A DNA stretch of 64,000 nt from Dicyema japonicum (Eukaryota; Animalia; Dicyemida). Location of the stretch: NCBI GenBank assembly GCA_011109175.1, contig RDEW01000037.1, positions 159,557-223,556 of the forward strand. Reading direction: 5' to 3'. Shown piece after piece: positions 11,561 to 24,599 of the stretch. The notes beneath the pieces were generated by a model. The model was not told the DNA's origin and did not search any database. It saw only the letters and a list, made by a program, of their open reading frames with translations. Every line of letters starts with the position of its first letter. Within the stretch, counting starts at the first letter, position 1. The translations under genes were made by a program, and so were the position numbers.

Positions 11561-12479
11561 AGAAATCTGACAGGTATATTTGGTTCTGTGCCGAACTAGG
11601 AGATGTACCAGGACAAGAGAAGAGGTGACCAAAACTCCTTATTTCAAGAACTATTCTGTATTAAGCGCCTCCAGCTCAGTTAAGGGTGGTTTACTTATTC
11701 TTATACACATTTTCATTCCTTTTACTGATTCTTTAACTTTTATTAAATTTTTCATAGCTGAGGATCTTAATATTATAATTATATCTGAGGATCTTAATAT
11801 GGAAATTTCATTTATCCGGGTGAATAAATCCTGTTTCACTATTTTCAATACATTCCACTGATATTGTCTTCCTAACGTAATTCCACTTTTTCTATTGAAA
11901 GTTGAATCTTATGTGATGATTTTAATGTTCATCATACTGCATGGTTATCCTTCAACAAATCTGATAAACGTGGAATGCAAATTCTGCATGATATGGTGGT
12001 TTTAGTTGTTCTGAATAATCCTGTTCTACATACTCGTTGTGCTCTAAATTCTGATCATTCTAATTCTCAAATAATCGCTCTCAATGGAATGTCCTTTATG
12101 ATTTCCCTACTGACCCATTACTTACAACCATCAACATACAAAGAGGAGGATCACGAAGATGTATATAATTTATAAACGTGGAAAGTGGGATTTTACAAAA
12201 ACGTTATATCGCGTACTATAACCTTTCTTGTATACCTGTTGCTCTTTTGATGTTGCTGTCGAGTTGTTCACAAACTGTCTAATTGCTGACAAAGAAAATT
12301 TATTGAAATTATTAATTTTTTCAAAGAACGTAGGAGGATCAAATCAATGAACTCTCGAGAGGGTAGAATATCTTTCTGAAATGAATAAACGTATTCTTAA
12401 AATACAATACCAATTAATGGAATGACTATACTCTCAATATACTGGATCCTGTGTCTTTTAGAGAACCTTCATTCAACTG

Positions 12480-12960
12480 GTCTCTCAATAAAAAATTGTG
12501 TTATCTTTCAGTTGCCAACTTATTAATGGGTGCGAAGATAAACCACCATCCTACCCCGAATGGACTCTGCTGTAAGACATCGCATGCTCTGAAACCACAA
12601 TCCTAATTACTCAACTTGTTGACAACTCTTAAAACTCGAATGAAAAAAAGGACCTGACGGTCTTTCCATACACCATTTTAAAATCTAGGACCGATTGGAC
12701 TTTATGTTTTAACCGATTTAAGGGAACACCCAATTAATCACGGACCAGTACCTATGCTCTGGAAGAAATCCACAATTATTCCCATTTTGAAGCCTAATGA
12801 GACCCTTCTGATCCTTCTTATCTTCCAATTTTCCTTTTGTCTGTTGTTTCGAAGATTGCTGAGTAATACTATTTTTAATAAAACCGTATTTATCATTTTC
12901 CAAACCCCAACATGTCTTTATCATCCGATTACAACCTCGAATTGTAAATTATAAAGAAAA
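12480..12960 (+). mobile_element. LINE RT N-terminal fragment
   Basis: LWKKSTIIPILKPN (RT domain 1) preceded by a GPDG-like remnant (GGACCTGACGG, ~12650). Confidence 0.55.
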
Positions 12961-12969
12961 TGATGCTAT

Positions 12970-13140
12970 TTCGTGCCAGCTGATAGATTCTTGCACGTGT
13001 TTCGAAAGATGATTTCGAAAAAACAATAAAACTCAAAATATCAACAGTCTGTTAAAGCTGCACAGAAATTATAGTTTCCGAAACATGAAGAGAAATTGGT
13101 AGAATTGATGGAGGTAGTAGAGTCTATAGAAAAATCAACT
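12970..13140. repeat. Unclassified dispersed repeat shared with ~53780-54160
   Basis: Shared blocks TAGATTCT.GCAC.TGTTTCGAAAGA.GAT, AATATCAAC.GTCT.TTA.AGCTGCACAGAA and TTGGTAGAAT...GGTAGTAGAGT. Confidence 0.6.
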
Positions 13141-16100
13141 TTCTAGGTGGCTTTCTGAAAATATAGTTTCTTTTTAAAATATAACGGGTTTTTTTAAATC
13201 CATGGATATTGGGATTATAAAATCTTTCGAGAGTAATTATACAATACTCAGTCTATTTGACAGAATTATTATTATTATTAATAGCACTTTCGAAGAACCA
13301 AATATGTAATTTATTTAATTAAGGTTCCGCTTGTGCCGTATTTTTCTTCAGGTTATTCTTTCTTCCACAGGTTATTCGGTTGAGCTGGTGACGTGGCTCT
13401 ATTGCACACGTCTTTTTCATGCTTTTCTTGGGGATCTTTCACAGAATTATTGGAAACTCATAATATTTCGGTATATAATTCTTACAAGAAATGGAATTTA
13501 AAAGATACGGTCTTTTTTACAAAAATGACTTGGGAAGACATATTGGAAGAAACGATAAGGAATTGATTCAAAATTTTAAATAACTCCAATAACGAAAATC
13601 TTGAAATTGATAGAACAAACGTTAACGATCCTTTTATAGTTGAAGATTTTATAAACATTGTATACACGGAGAATGAAACATTTAATGAAAATTCTTTAGG
13701 ATTCGGAAAATAGTGAACAAGAATAAAAAAAATACCTGTAGATATTGTAGTTAGATTAACTGCAATAGAAAGGGAACTCTTTGACAATGTTGAAAATGAA
13801 GTTTCTCTAATTTCTTTAACAAGGCATTTTTAAAAATTATTTGTTCATTGTTCTTAAAGATTATTGATTTTTTCAAATTGGCCACAAAATTCTAAGGAAA
13901 AAATGGCAAATATGCTAGGGTCGACTGTAATAACTTTTAGAAGCAAAAACACTTAGTGATTTTGTACAGTATTGATTCCAAAGTAAGATGAGATGATACG
14001 ACCATTCCATACTCTAATATCTCCGAACAGGCTAGATAGTATCTTAGTATAGTAAAATTTTATTTTTATCAATCGTTGCTGCTATTAAGAGCAAAATTCC
14101 GTATATTAAATACGATATCTATGCTTGATGTGGTCAGGGGATCTATTCGGAAGGAAAGTTAGAGAAAACATTATTTTTAGACGCCGAAGGTTGGTTTGAG
14201 TTGTTTGTTCGTAGGTGAAGGTGGATTAAGGGTGGTACGGGTTTTTCCTTCGTTTAGTTTAGAACGAATGTCCTTTTGAGGCGGAGAGCTTTTACTTCAC
14301 TTTTCGAGCTCCGAGTTCCTGGTATCTGACTATAAATTGATAATCAGGAAAGTGAATCCCATCCATGAAAGTGCCGGTGTTGTTATTTATGTACGAGAAC
14401 CTTTTCTAATATATTCACGATAAAGGCTAAGCGCGTATGGTGCAAAACTGAACAGACATACCAAGTTTTTTATTGAGATTACCTAATGGTATCATCGATT
14501 GTATTGGAAAGCGCCTAGACGGCCTTCGGGAATCTACCGGAATAGTCCATGAAGAACAGTGTTTGGAAATTAGACGTAAATCTTTGTATATAGTGAAAAA
14601 AAATCTTTGTATATAGAATTCCTGCATGCGCAAGAGATTCCTCTTACACAGTCTAAGGCAGAAATGGTAGTACTATGCTTCAAGTACGCGACTTAAGAGT
14701 ATCGCATACCGGAGTAGCTACTGCAAGATAAAATAAAAATTTAGTGTTTCCGATTATTGACCGAGGAACATTTTTTGAAATAATGTCAATTTTGTAAAAG
14801 CCAGTTACACCAATTTAAAATGAGATACAATTTAATTATCCCCGAATACACCAAGAATAAAAGTTGATAATTAACAATTAATTTAGTGTGTACCATATAC
14901 TCAGAGATAAGTCCTTCTAAGTTCATCAGAACCAAAATAAGAAAACTATCAGTTTTTTGCAGAAACCCCTCTAAGGAGTTGAATAACAATTGATCCTTTG
15001 AACAAAGACATATACATAGAAATTAGTTGGAAGAAGTAAATCAACCTTTGATATATCTTTTAATCTGCGAAGGAGTGAGTTCTGCCTAAGCAGAGGGTTA
15101 TATAATGGAAACCTCACTACTCTTCGGTGGAAGGATTAAAAAACTGGAAAATGGGGTTGTTATCTAAAGAAAAACTGGTCTCTACTTCTAAAGTTGATTA
15201 ATTTTCCAACAAATTTAATCCAGTTGTCAGGTTGGCTCGACGTTCCTCACTTGATCCTACACAATAGGTACATAAACATTCACTAAAAACAGTTTTCTTT
15301 TTATCCAAAGATCTCAGTTATTTCCCATTTTATTTGTAATGAATTATCTTGATTCTTTACCAACTACGAATGCTATTAGCAAAAATATTAATGATATTGT
15401 ACATAGTATTGCAATCAGTCGAGAAAATCTATAATTATATGAAATTTATTTTAATCTGGAAAAACTTTAAAATGTTATATGAGGTAATTATGTTACTTGT
15501 TCTCATTCACGATTGCGTATTGATTGAGGAATCGATAATGATTAGTTGAGGGAAATTAATTACCATAAGTCTTAAATGAAATTAATAACGATATTTTAAA
15601 TAATATTTCGTTTTTTATGAACTTTTAAATCAAAAGTAAATGATAATATTGTAGGCATAAAAACGACCTTGTAAGGGTATATTGAAAAAATGAAATTATC
15701 ATAAACATTGAAAACAAAAATATTTAATCTCCTTTTTTCTGTCAGTGAACCTTATGTTGAAAAAACAATAAATATACTCATAAAAGTAACCATAAAATAA
15801 ACATAAATGTAATAATAGAGATCGTCACATAAAGTAGGCTTTTTTAGTTTTCGTAGAATTTATCTTATTAACTACCCTAAACTGTTCTCGAGTGTTTAAA
15901 GTGAAGCTGGCATATATAATAATTTTCAAATAGGAAATGTCTAATAATTAGAACAATTTTATAACAGTTAAAATTATTGCACTTAACATAGCATGCCATT
16001 TAAAATAATTATAAAAATTTTAATTTTTGAAAAAAGAAAACAAGCAAAGTCAGTTAAGAGGCCAGGATTGCGACTAATCACCACCATTTTCAGCCTTACC

Positions 16101-16374
16101 CAGGGTCCTTCGAGGGGCTTGAATCTCTTCGAAGTAAGCCTTTGTCCGATACTGGATCTTCCACAAATCCAAATACTTCATATCTTTATATGCTTTATTT
16201 AATGTAATTTTTATTCTGCTGCGAATCTGAGCAGAATAGTTCAAAACCATTGTTCTTAATAATTGTAGATGTAGTGCTAATTGATTGTGTTAGTATAATT
16301 CCCTCACATTCAAAAGAACTAATTATATCACATAAGACATTATTTGTTGTAGCACTTTTAAATGTCTTTGAAAG

Positions 16375-16475
16375 GAGCTGTCTCATTGAGCGCATTTCCT
16401 TGCAAAGTATCAGGGGAAATTTGTTCTCAACTCTGAGAGCAGCCAGTAATAGTTAACTGTTAGTTTTTAAATTTA
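16375..16475 (+). mobile_element. CRE-like non-LTR element, extreme 3' tip
   Basis: LIERISLQSIRGNLFSTLRAASNS*; nucleotides match the 3' tip at 56452-56530 (CTGAGAGCAGCCAGTA), followed by a T-rich tail. Confidence 0.55.
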
Positions 16476-16834
16476 TTTTGGTCTTTTTAAAAAAAATTTC
16501 TTTGATGAATCGAAGAGCATCTTAGAATATATTGATTTAGTGTCAAGACGTGAAATCAAACAAGTTTTATATTAATTGATTGTGGTTAAAAGTTTATAGC
16601 ATACTTAAGCAATTAATGAAAATACAGCTCCAGTACTGCATGAACCCCATGAGATTTGTCAGAATCTTGAAAGACGATCTTTGCCTAATCACCTCCTTCC
16701 TCCTAAGGCTGTGATCGATAGTGTTGACCACTCAGATAAATGCGAGTGAATGACTTGAATAAATTTTCAAAATTGTATATATCCCAAAATAATTCATAAT
16801 CATGCTAAAAATAATTCATAATCATTACTTGTTT

Positions 16835-17448
16835 GAACTGGTGACGTGGTTCTGAATTATTATGTCTATTTCACACATAACAATTGATCTCTTTACATTG
16901 GCGTCATTCAACGTCTGTGGATTGAAAGAAAAACATAAAAGGGGGATTTAATAAGTGACTTAATATTATACAAAGTCACTATATGCAGTATACAGGAGAC
17001 TAAAGTGAAGGATGCAGTTGAAGAGAAATACGGAGAGTTTAGACTTATACTACTAGACTCCGAATGCAACCACTACGGACTTGGCTTTGCTATACATAAA
17101 TGTCTTGATGGGAGAATCCACAGAGTGTGGAGAGTTAATGACAGAATAGCAGTACTCCAGATTAATAGTGGGAGGACTAATAATTCTTTTATATCCATAA
17201 TTAATATCTACGAATTCCGAATTCGATACGCCTGCTAGAAAATGCACCTGCGGAGCTTGAGAAATGGTTTCTCAGCGTAAATGTTAACAAAACTGAAATT
17301 ACGGAAATCAAATCAGAAGACGATATTACCCATGAAAGATGGAGACATACTAATAAGCTTGGCTCTCTACTAGGAGACGCTGAAGATGTACTAAGGAGGA
17401 AAACACTGGCAAATGCGGCAATGGCTAAACTGAAGAAAGGATGACTAA
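16835..17448 (+). mobile_element. RTE-like LINE family C, 5' end with large internal deletion
   Basis: ATG at 16862: LASFNVCGL...CSIQETK...HYGLGFAIH...NDRIAVL...IINIY, fused at ~17215 to the RT C-terminus (LLENAPAELEKWFL) also seen at 28.8-29.2 kb; ends at an N-gap. Confidence 0.8.
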
Positions 17449-18087
17449 NNNNNNNNNNNNNNNNNNNNNNNNNNNNNNNNNGAGAGCTCAAACTACTGTA
17501 TGGTGCTCCATTCAAAGTTATACCTATATGTGAGACGATGTCGTTTCGAATTAAGAGGAGAAAGGTTTAGAAGCGATTAGTAATTTTATAGCATTCAAAT
17601 GACTTATAATAATAGTATTCACTCAAAACGTACGATAATAATAAGTCTTTTTTTATCTTTTAGGAAAATAGCTACAAGTTCCTCTAACGTTCAAGATTTG
17701 AATATTACATAAATTTTATTGAGAGTCCATTATTTTCTTTATTTAACCAAAAAGTGGAACAAGAGGCTACAAATATCTTGAGAGGATAAAGATATTTTGT
17801 AAAGATTACCACCTCAACATTACCGTAACTAACGGCGTTAAAAAGACAGTATTTAAAATTGTATCTCTTTGAAATCCATAATCTCACATATGTTATCAGA
17901 ATCATTGCTAATTATGGTAGGTTGGGGATTCAGATATTCAAGGTATCTGGAAGGAATTTAGTAAAGAGGAGTCGTCGTATATTTGTGAAATTAGGGCAAA
18001 TCAATTAAAATTGGATATTAACTTTGTGATGCAATCAAAATTCTAGGAATCAATAATTATCCATTTTTCAAATGAATTGACTTGCTA

Positions 18088-18890
18088 ATGTCGAAAAGTT
18101 TGGTTTTGTATGATTCATGAGATCTCAGAATTGTACATCAATTGTAATATTTATAGGGAACTCAACCATTACAAGCAGTCGGAGACTATGGTAGACAAAT
18201 AATTAACCTTAGAAACTAAAATAAAAATATGTTCTGTTGGAATTTGTGGGTCTGATCTAACATTGTGGAAAAATAATAAAATAGGAAGCGAAAAGAATGT
18301 TCGACCTTTTCGAATTGGGTATGAATCTGCTAAAAGAGGTTGGAATAAATGTAACAATTATAAAATTTGGTAGTCCATTAAAGCATTTTGAGGAGATCGA
18401 GTCGCCATTGAAACTTTTTTTTAGCAACATTAAGGTATAGGTTCTTCCACAAGTCCAGAGCTCCCGATTGTGTCATAGATTCAGTCCTGAACCTTTATTG
18501 AATTAGAAATCGTTTGTTGATGATAATTCGTGTAAAGTTTATCTTTCTATTTTTGTTTATTAAGATATTGTGTAATATGTGTACTTATTACATTTCACTG
18601 CAATTAATGCGGTTTTGTGGTTATTCCAAATTAATCCATGAGGTTTCTAACGGATCTGTAAAACTGTACTTATCTCACTACTCGTTGGACTATTATAGAT
18701 CGTTGAATATCAGTGAAGAATCTGATTGTCACCATGAATCAGACGCTTGATGTACTAAACGAAAAAATAAATAATATTTATTATCTAACTATAAGTTATC
18801 CTGGAAGATGGGCTTTGTTTCCCATTGGATTCGTCAAAGTCATATACGGAAATGATTGGGGATAAATCTCACAGTTCTCCTAAATGAAAC
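18088..18890 (+). pseudogene. SORD: Sorbitol dehydrogenase-like (zinc MDR family) pseudogene
   Basis: Spliced: MSKSLVLYDS*DLRI|GTQPLQAVGDY|ETKIKICSVGICGSD...IGYESA...VGINV...G|DRVAIE. In-frame TGA at 18118-18120, GHE replaced by GYE, further stops after RVAIE. The 3' extent is uncertain. Confidence 0.6.
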
Positions 18891-19499
18891 AATTTCTATT
18901 TCTAAAAAACAAATATTAATACTAATCAAACACAAATCATAATAATCCATTAACTTAGTCTATCAACCTTCTACCAATTAGCTTGGAAGGTAATCTGTTG
19001 TAGGTTGAGGTGATGACGTAGCTCTGATGCATTATGACAGTTTGAGTAAGCTAACGTTGTAATCCATCTGGAATAACTTGGTAGGTCTTACTTAAAGAAC
19101 TGAAACAGCATTTTAGAAAACACGTGATCTTAGTAATTAAATTTAATTGAAAATTATTGGAGCTAAAATGCGGTTTGTGGGAATAAAACTGTTTTCTATT
19201 ATCCTCCTGAATTGTAAGTTGCACAAGAGGATTCGTACGACGTGAGGCGGATAGTCCACGAGGAACGACGTTGAAAGTTACACGATCTCAAGGGTTCTCT
19301 TTATGTGAGTTGTATATGGATAGTTCTATTTACTTCCAACTGCCTCAAATACTCCCTTTGGGATGTAGTAATGATACAACCTCATCACATACGGAATAAC
19401 ATGGACCTTGCATATTTTGATTTTTATATTTTGAATACAAAAATTAATCAAAGACTAAAATAAATTATTTTTAAAACGATAATTGAAATAGTAAATAAT

Positions 19500-20335
19500 C
19501 AACTATTTTTCAATCAGTTAACACATGAATTGGATACGCCGAACGATATTTCGAGGCAACGTGACTGGGATGAGGTATACTCCAAGAATATCTTCGACGT
19601 GCTAAAGTCTGAGGCCAATTAGCATCGTCTTGCATGCCTCGTGTCATGGGAGTGATTGGATGCACTCCCGTCTTCCTCCCTGGGGACCCTATTGGACGAT
19701 GACTGCATTCGGATTGGGATCGCACAACGCCTGGGAGTTAATGTTTGCGTCGAACATTAATGTCGTTGTCGAGGGATCGCCGATGCCAAAGGGCTGCATC
19801 CGCTTTCGTGCAAAAGGAGTTCAGGCAGAACACCCCGCCATGCTGCTATGAACAACATTATCATGCGTGCTCTTGAAGCTGCAGGCTTCCCGGCAGTACT
19901 GGAGCCCGTGGGATTGGACCGCGGAGACGGGAAAATTCCGGATGGGTTAACTATCTTTCCGTTCACTGAGAGAAAATCGCTCGTATGGGACTGCACTGTT
20001 GTGGATTCTTTCCCGAACTCGATGATACTCAGCTCGGCGCAGTCTACTAGATCGGCAGCAGATCTGGCCGAGAAAATCAAGATTAAAAAATATGGCGAAA
20101 TGGAGACAGCTTTCGTTTTGTCTGATCCAGCGGGAAGTATGGCAATCGAGACGTCTGATCCAGCGGGAAGTATCGCATTTTTTTTCCTGAAGTAAATCAG
20201 GGGGAAATTGGCCCACTGTAAGAAAGACGCGCGGGAAGCGGTCTGGCTTAGGCAACGGATAGGATTGCAGTTGTCCGCGGAAACGCTTACTCCGTAATGT
20301 CGGGCGCTCTTCCCCATAGTTAATAAATAATATTT
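19500..20335 (+). mobile_element. CRE-like non-LTR element 3' portion (Zn-knuckle plus RLE endonuclease)
   Basis: LDALPSSSLGTLLDD..IRIGIAQRLG...GLHPLSC...RH..MNNII.RAL...LEPVGLDRGDGKIPDG...LVWD, ending LRQRIG...RGN-like and an AT-rich tail. Confidence 0.8.
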
Positions 20336-20506
20336 TATTGATAATAATTAATGTCATTAAAAAAAGTTAACACATCAATACCATAATGTAAAAACCGCAT
20401 GAAAAGTAATGGCGATGGAACTACCAAGACTGTTGGGGAAATAGTACACCTCAAAGGAATCGTATATAATATAGTAAAATAGTAAGATTGTGTTATTAAA
20501 TCACAG

Positions 20507-22513
20507 TCAGTCATCCAACTCAAAAATAATACAGTTTGTAAGAAAAACATCATTTTCGCAGAAATCCTCTTTCATGTTACCACCATAATTCTGTTGAACA
20601 TCATTAAGCGGGGTAGTCACAATTTTAGATACATTGATCGATTTATCCTTGAAATTAGAAAAATAAAATAAACCAATAAATTAGACCTCTTTCTCTGACG
20701 TCTGTTTAATCTAGGAGAGGAAGGGTCAAAAAGTTGGGAAACCGTAGACTTTGTGTGATATGACAGTTGTCTTGTGGAATTGCAAAATGACACAGTCTTT
20801 TCTCTAAAATCATTCAGTCACAAACCTTTTAAAAGTAGGCGCCGCAGTCTCAGATACAGAGAGCGACCTAAGAATACCATGCGCAGCATCCGCTTCTTCA
20901 TTCTACAGACCATAACTACGAACCAGGGTACCCTGACAATGCTCAGTCGATTCGGAGCCATTTCTCGAACAGAAACGTCATCTTCCGCAAGAATATTTTC
21001 AAATCCATCAAATGAGGGCGGTGTGAAAAACTATCTTCTTTAAAAAAACCACCTGAACCAAATCATCTGAATTTCTTCCAAACCGCAACACACGTGAGAT
21101 CCCTTCTTCACAAATGAACCTCACAGTCACAAGCAGGTTCTCTTGGGTGAGATCAGTCGTGTGAGTCAGAGAAGAAACCCATTCCAAACAGAGAGTTAGT
21201 CCATAGCTTAGAGGGAACCCTCCCTGTCCCACCGAAATAAAACGAATAGTAAGAAGTTGCCCTTCATTGTTTATCCACAGTTTATCCTCGCAAATCCCAG
21301 AGACTTTAACGAGCACGTGCAAGGTTTTACCCTCTATTCGACAGTCAAACGGGGCCAAATGATAGTTCCTCCAATCAAAGAACTCATGGGGGTCACTTCC
21401 CCTCTCCTGCTCTTCAAAATTAAAGGGGATCATTTGGACCTCTTCAATTGGTCCCTCTTTTAATATTTGGTCCATCTTCTTGGATGACTGCTCTTCACTG
21501 TCATCAAAAACTCCTTCAGTATGTTCATCAACCTCATCGGCAGGGCTTTCTGGGGCATTCCTTACTTTGTGAGGAAGGATTATAGGAAGGGTCACAATGA
21601 GGCGCTTCTGTGTCTTGTCAAAAACAGCCGAACCAGCCTCCTCGTCCACAGAATAGTTAAAAGGGATCACCATGTGGTAGTTCCATGGAGCACATGCCTT
21701 TAGAAGGCCGTGCCGCTCAAAGACCTCAAATTCCACGTCCGAAGAGTTCGTTATTTCTGGGAGGGATACAATCACTTGCAATTCCCGAGGCCTTTCACGG
21801 TCTGAGGGATTACTCAGGCGGTCGTAATCATGTAACTCCACAAAGGAGCGGTACTTTATTACATACTCTGGCTGGACCACTACTGGGTTGGGTGGATTTA
21901 AGTCGGGTACCATCTGTTCCAGGGTTGGAGGGTCAAGGGGCTTGTTATCCTGGCTTATTATGGAAGCTGTGGGTGTCCCCTTGTAAGGGATTTTCAAAAT
22001 TTTGGCACTCTTTTGGATCACTGATTGGCTGAAAGCCTTGTTGATTCCGTCCACAGCGACTTCGATGGTCATTTTCTTGAATGTTACATTTCGCGACAGG
22101 GATAGGGCGTCCGGATGGAAGACTACATCAAAAACTGTGTATTTTTTGGTATTTTTTGAAACTCCTTCCTTCGGACGGAACAGAGAATGCGGAATGGTCC
22201 ATGTTGTCCCAGTTTGGTTAATTTTTTCTCGCTTTAAAGATGGTTTCTCTATGTTTTTATTGGAGCACATGTTTATGTAAACAAGTTGGTCTGAGATTGT
22301 CAGAGCCTTCACACAGAATCCAGGGTCAGGATGGATAAACTGGACTTCTCTGCCACGCTGTTTTTCCAGTTCCGTTATTTCCTCCTCATATCGACGTCGG
22401 TTTTCAGGGTCTTTCAACTCCTCAGCGTAATCAGCCAGAAGGTTACGAAATTCTTCGTTTTTCAGAGCTTTGGCAATACTGTCGAGCTCATCCTTCGATA
22501 AAGAACAATCCAT
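20507..22513 (-). CDS. DNAAF2: Protein kintoun / dynein axonemal assembly factor 2 (PIH1 domain)
   Basis: N-terminus EEFRNLLADYAEELKDPENRRRYEEEITELEKQRG..V.FIHPDPG is diagnostic. Removing introns 21031-21052 (22 nt), 20903-20931 (29), 20804-20825 (22) and 20648-20673 (26) extends the ORF through GILRSLSVSE and KTVSF to the kintoun-type C-terminus NCIIFELDD* (TGA at 20507-20509). Confidence 0.92.
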
Positions 22514-22690
22514 GAACTACCAAGCCAACAGAAAATTATTTTAATGAATTTTTGGTTGACCGGTAAATAAAATTAATATAATAATTATTTAATTTAGTCA
22601 ACTTGACTTTGTTCATCAAATTATTATAAAATTATTTATTTTATTAAAATCGGATGATCTGGCATTGTAAAATTTAGCTTATTTGATGTG
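22514..22690. promoter_or_regulatory. Putative bidirectional promoter (177 bp between divergent ATGs)
   Basis: DNAAF2 ATG at 22511-22513 (-) and PNPLA8-like ATG at 22691 (+). The interval is very AT-rich and contains the palindrome AGTCAACTTGACT. Function is inferred from geometry only. Confidence 0.5.
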
Positions 22691-24318
22691 ATGAAAAACG
22701 GCATCAAAAATCAAGGAAAAAAATTGGAAACTGTCACCTGGATGTTCAATAGAGACAATTTTGACGCTTATATAGACAGTATTTACCGTAAAACACGGAA
22801 AATAGCTGATAAGTACATATCTTCTAAGGAATTCGATATTTCTACTTCAAAATCTGGCAAAGTGGAGGGAGAATTTCAAAATTATCGACTTCTACCTGCA
22901 AATGTTGGCCATAAAATTCATTTGGGTTGCTCTACCAGTACTACACGGAGAATATATACTCAGGAATTGGAAGAACTGCTCCAACCTCTCTCAAAGTCTA
23001 CTGAGGCTGAGATTTTGGTTAAGAATTTGGAAGAAATCAGGAGTTTGTTGTTAAAATATCCTGAATTGGCCAAGCTAGCTTACTCAGTACATAGAATTTA
23101 CATTTAGAATGGGATAATGCCCTACGTAGCTCGTTTAATTGACAGTGAGATCCAAGAAGAACACAATCTTGGATCCCAACTGCTTGCATTGATTGGTAAA
23201 GTCCCTAGACTCAGATTCAGGGGAGTAAGAGTTCTTGCTATTGACGGAGGTGGAATGAGGTGGGAATTTAGTCATTTTAGAGGTGTGGTTTCCCTCAGGA
23301 TCCTTCAAAAAATCGAAGAATTGTCAAATGGAAAGCTCATTGATATGTTTGACTTGGTTTGTGGGGTCTCCACAGGCTCGTTGATCGCCTCTAGTGTATT
23401 TGGTAGAGAAGTTCCCCCAGAAATGATTATTAAACTGTACAAGGAACTTGGAAGTGACATTTTCGTGAGGAACAGTTTTATTGGAGCTGGAAAGGTTGTT
23501 TTTTCTTCTTCTTTCTACGATTCCTCAGTTTTTACCCGAATTTTACAGTTTTGAACTTTTTTGATGTTTTAGAGACAATTTTGGAGACCAGAACTTGATT
23601 GACTTTGTAAAGACCATGAGATCTCCAAAAGTATATGATTCTGCTTTAAATTTAGCTTTCCTTACTGTCAACTCTTGTAAATGGCCGAGAAATGGAGCAA
23701 TTTGCTTTCAGGAACTACAACCCCCCATTTGATAGATTTACAGAGTTCAGGGGATCAGTCAACCATCCTGTTTGGCAGGCAATTCAGGCCTCGAGTGCGA
23801 TTCCTTTCCTTTTTGATGAGCTCACTGTGAACGGTCTTACCTTTCAGGATGGGGGACTCATGCATAACAACCCTACTCCTGTCGCCATCAGTGAGGCCCA
23901 CAGTCTGTGGCCTTCTGAGTCCTTGCACTGTGTAGTCTCTATCGGCACTGGACGGGCTTTTCCCTCTTCTTTCTCAATGGGGACTCATCCTTCCAGTCTG
24001 GGTTTAAAGGACAAATTCAATATGATACTGAAATGTGCGGCTGATCCTGAACGTAATTATGTATGTGATTTAGCCATGCATGGTGTGCTGAGAAGATTAT
24101 TACCTTCGTCGGTGTATTTCAGACTTAATCCTATTCTCTCTCAGAACATTAGTTTTGAAGAGACGTCTGAAGAGAAACTTGACCAGTTGATCTATGAAAC
24201 CGACATTTACTTGCGAAAGAATGAAGTTAAACTTAAAAGGTTGATTGCAAAATTAAGGGAGCCACGGACTATCCAACAAAGACTGAGGGACTTTCTGATT
24301 GGCTCTAAATATACTTAA
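22691..24318 (+). CDS. PNPLA8: Patatin-like calcium-independent phospholipase A2 gamma
   Basis: DGGGMR|G, GVSTG nucleophile, FRNY, QDGGLMHNNP and YFRLNP motifs. Introns: 23087-23107 (21), 23260-23280 (21), 23548-23572 (25), 23631-23655 (25), 24053-24073 (21). Confidence 0.88.
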
Positions 24319-24599
24319 TATTTATTTACATAAACACTTTTGTGGTTATTTTTATTATAAACTTAAAATGTCAAGAGATTTCTGTTATGGAGATGGTTTT
24401 GTTGGCATTTGTTGTTAAAGACGATTTTGAAAATATTCTAAAGCAAGTTGTGCTTAAAATAATATTTGTGTTAAATTGACGTAATACATATTGTGGCATT
24501 CCACAATGCTCTGTCAGTTACAAATTGATTGAACCACGTGAGAAGGTTGTTAGTGTCTTTTATTATCGTGAAAGAATAATTATTTAATACAAAATTATG

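Noticed and set aside
11590-12400. Possible host gene (ORFs 11651-11848 minus, 11975-12175 plus)
   Set aside because: No consistent spliced frame or recognisable motif on either strand; may be decayed coding DNA but cannot be supported.
13480-15560. Coding-like stretches at 13.5-13.8 kb and 14.4-15.5 kb
   Set aside because: Interrupted by stops in all frames; apart from a short endonuclease-like scrap near 14330-14400, no family could be recognised.
18118-18120. In-frame TGA codons in the SORD-like and other decayed genes, suggesting TGA reassignment or selenocysteine
   Set aside because: Intact genes have no internal TGA and three of them (kintoun, CLK, PRODH) end in TGA. The decayed genes also contain TAA/TAG stops and frameshifts.
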